NCBI GenBank assembly: GCA_903870315.1
Contig: CAIQCJ010000032.1
Coordinates: 1 to 45,395, forward strand
Source: an uncultured bacterium
GTDB taxonomy: Bacteria > Patescibacteriota > Minisyncoccia > Phycocordibacterales > PALSA-1337
DNA length: 45,395 nucleotides
Reading direction: 5' to 3'
Below are positions 42,525 to 45,395 of this stretch, one piece after another. How positions within the stretch are numbered: position 1 is the stretch's first letter; each line of letters begins with the position of its first letter. The position numbers and the translations under genes are program-made. Below the pieces are notes generated by a model. The model was given only the letters and a program-made list of their open reading frames with translations. It had not been told where the DNA came from and ran no database searches.

Positions 42525-43214
42525 ATGTTATTGATTCAGAATTGGGGTGATGTATTCACCTTCTCACTTCAGAGCGTTTGGGCCGGTGTAGCACGTTTCG
42601 TGCCAGTATTGGTTATCGCTCTCATAATATTTGCCATCGGTTGGGTTTTGGCAGCTCTCATAGAGAAGCTTGTCGAAAGTCTATTCCGTGCCCTCAAGGT
42701 TGATACAGCTTTGAAGGGTGCAGGTATGGAAGAGGCGGTTAAGCGTGCAGGTTACAACTTGAACTCAGGTGCCTTCGTAGGATCTTTGGTCAAGTGGTTC
42801 ATCATAGTAGTATTTTTGATGGCTTCACTTAGCATGCTTGGTCTAGAACAGGTTAATCTTTTCTTGGCCCAGATCGTCTCATACTTGCCAAACGTTATCG
42901 TGTCAGTACTTATACTTCTCGTCGGAGCCATTATCGCTTCTACTTTGCAGAAGTTTGTAGTAGCCAGCGCCCTCGCCGCTCATTCTAAGTCAGCCGAGTT
43001 GCTTGGTCGTGTCACGAAGTGGTCTATCTGGATTTTCGCTATTTTGACAGCCCTCATTCAGCTTGGTGTCGCCGCTACATTGATCCAGATGATCTTGACG
43101 GCAATCTTCGCTGGTCTAGCTCTTGCTATCGGTTTGGCCTTCGGGCTCGGTGGTAAGGAGGTTGCAGCAAAGTTGATCGAAAAGACAGCTACCCATATAT
43201 TGAGTAAGGAGTAG
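42525..43214 (+). CDS. Membrane protein with conserved-TM-helix repeats (MscS N-terminal-like, PF05552-type)
   Basis: Repeated pattern of a TM helix followed by an amphipathic segment (FVPVLVIALIIFAIGWVLAALIEKLVESLFRAL; LPNVIVSVLILLVGAIIASTLQKFV). Confidence 0.5.
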   Translation: MLLIQNWGDVFTFSLQSVWAGVARFVPVLVIALIIFAIGWVLAALIEKLVESLFRALKVDTALKGAGMEEAVKRAGYNLNSGAFVGSLVKWFIIVVFLMASLSMLGLEQVNLFLAQIVSYLPNVIVSVLILLVGAIIASTLQKFVVASALAAHSKSAELLGRVTKWSIWIFAILTALIQLGVAATLIQMILTAIFAGLALAIGLAFGLGGKEVAAKLIEKTATHILSKE

Positions 43215-43240
43215 TTTTCACTGAAATTTTTGAAGAAAAA

Positions 43241-43267
43241 CAGCCCCTTTGCGGGGGCTGTTTTTTT
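43241..43267 (+). terminator. Intrinsic terminator
   Basis: CAGCCCC-TTTGCG-GGGGCTG followed by TTTTTTT. Confidence 0.85.
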
Positions 43268-43289
43268 GTTTCCAATATCATTGCTAAGA

Positions 43290-43529
43290 TTAAGCCAATC
43301 TGACGGTTAATTTTGCGTCCAATGCTTTTGCGACACGTTTCAAAAATTTTATAGAAGGATTGTAATTGCCTGTCTCTAGTCTTGATAGGGTAGCCTGGTC
43401 AATTCCAGATTTGCGAGCCAGCTCTGCCTGGGTTACGTCCTTCTTAATACGTTTATCCAAAATGTCGTTTATGATTTGGAATTCAACTTCAAGTGTTGCA
43501 TCGGCACGACGAAATTTTGCACTTCGCAT
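43290..43529 (-). CDS. XRE-family helix-turn-helix protein (HigA/antitoxin-like)
   Basis: VTQAELARKSGIDQATLSRLETGNYNPSIKFLKRVAKAL is a classic Cro/C1 HTH. 79 aa. Confidence 0.8.
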   Translation of the reverse strand: MRSAKFRRADATLEVEFQIINDILDKRIKKDVTQAELARKSGIDQATLSRLETGNYNPSIKFLKRVAKALDAKLTVRLA

Positions 43530-43685
43530 TCACTTCTTACCCCAAGCTTCAAAAGTTGTATATTTTAATTTTGTATTCATGATGTATTGAGTATGTGTCA
43601 TATATGCAAGTTAGCATATTTTGATAAAGATTTTGGCACTATTTCTCCCCAGCTTATCCACATATTGGTCGATCTCTGAAAACGC

Positions 43686-43713
43686 TTGACATTTTTTCGT
43701 CCGCAAGTATACT
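43686..43713 (+). promoter_or_regulatory. Sigma70-like promoter about 240 nt upstream of the 23S rRNA 5' end
   Basis: TTGACA (43686-43691), 16-nt spacer, TATACT (43708-43713). Confidence 0.45.
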
Positions 43714-43794
43714 TATGCCTACGTCAGAATGATTATGAGAAACACCACTTATCTGCGGCTATAGCCACACCCCCTAACAGGAGTGTGTATGTTG

Positions 43795-43820
43795 CCGCTC
43801 AATGAAGCGGTTTTTCTTTT
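43795..43820 (+). terminator. Terminator-like hairpin plus T-run inside the pre-23S region
   Basis: CCGCT-CAATGA-AGCGG followed by TTTTTCTTTT, about 80 nt after the promoter-like element. Confidence 0.45.
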
Positions 43821-43952
43821 CAGAACGAATGTTGTTTGAAAATTTCATACTTCAAGTTAGATAAGTCATTTTAGACCGATGAAACCCAGCGGTGGATGTA
43901 TTTGGTTTTTATTATGACTTTGTAAAGTAAGTAATGTAGGTAAGTAACAAGC

Positions 43953-45395
<1,443 letters not shown>

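Noticed and set aside
43530-43580. Looked for a HigB/RelE-type toxin upstream of the XRE-family (HigA-like) gene.
   Set aside because: There is only a 16-codon ORF (MNTKLKYTTFEAWGKK), whose stop abuts the HTH gene start. That is too short for a toxin, so the HTH protein is treated as an orphan regulator or a remnant of a TA pair.

Overview
This 45.4-kb window is a chromosomal segment with a compact, largely single-strand gene layout. About 40 percent G+C by eye, standard genetic code. The gene content fits a reduced-genome Patescibacteria/CPR-like bacterium; that placement is an inference, possibly Parcubacteria-like. Most of it is housekeeping: queA, a DsbA/VKOR pair, secE-nusG-rplK, a thymidylate-cycle cluster (DHFR-like, dcd, thyA, glyA), argS, ileS, recO, glyQS, an M16 peptidase, an AI-2E transporter, metG, tatD, rpsF-ssb-rpsR, efp, recA, ftsK, rplJ-rplL, and the 5' 1.44 kb of a 23S rRNA gene. 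Six things stand out. (1) An accessory island sits between argS and ileS. It holds a RelE-type TA pair and what looks like a decayed diversity-generating retroelement: a G+C-rich target gene with an Asn/Asp-dense C-terminal variable-region-like module and terminal hairpin, a short inverted Avd-like four-helix-bundle ORF, and only the C-terminal half of a DGR-type reverse transcriptase. I found no template repeat. (2) The IleRS carries an internal, apparently catalytically intact histidine-phosphatase (PGAM-like) domain. (3) A 79-nt intergenic module occurs twice, with a 37-nt perfect core and four heptamers at exact 11-bp phasing. One copy lies upstream of rpsF and the other upstream of a large secreted beta-helix/lipase protein. 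(4) rplK is followed by a terminator rather than rplA. (5) A 28-bp-stem inverted repeat lies between rpsR and efp. (6) The 23S gene has no 16S or tRNA upstream. All non-ORF coordinates were hand-indexed, and every homology call rests on motifs I recognised by eye, not on searches.
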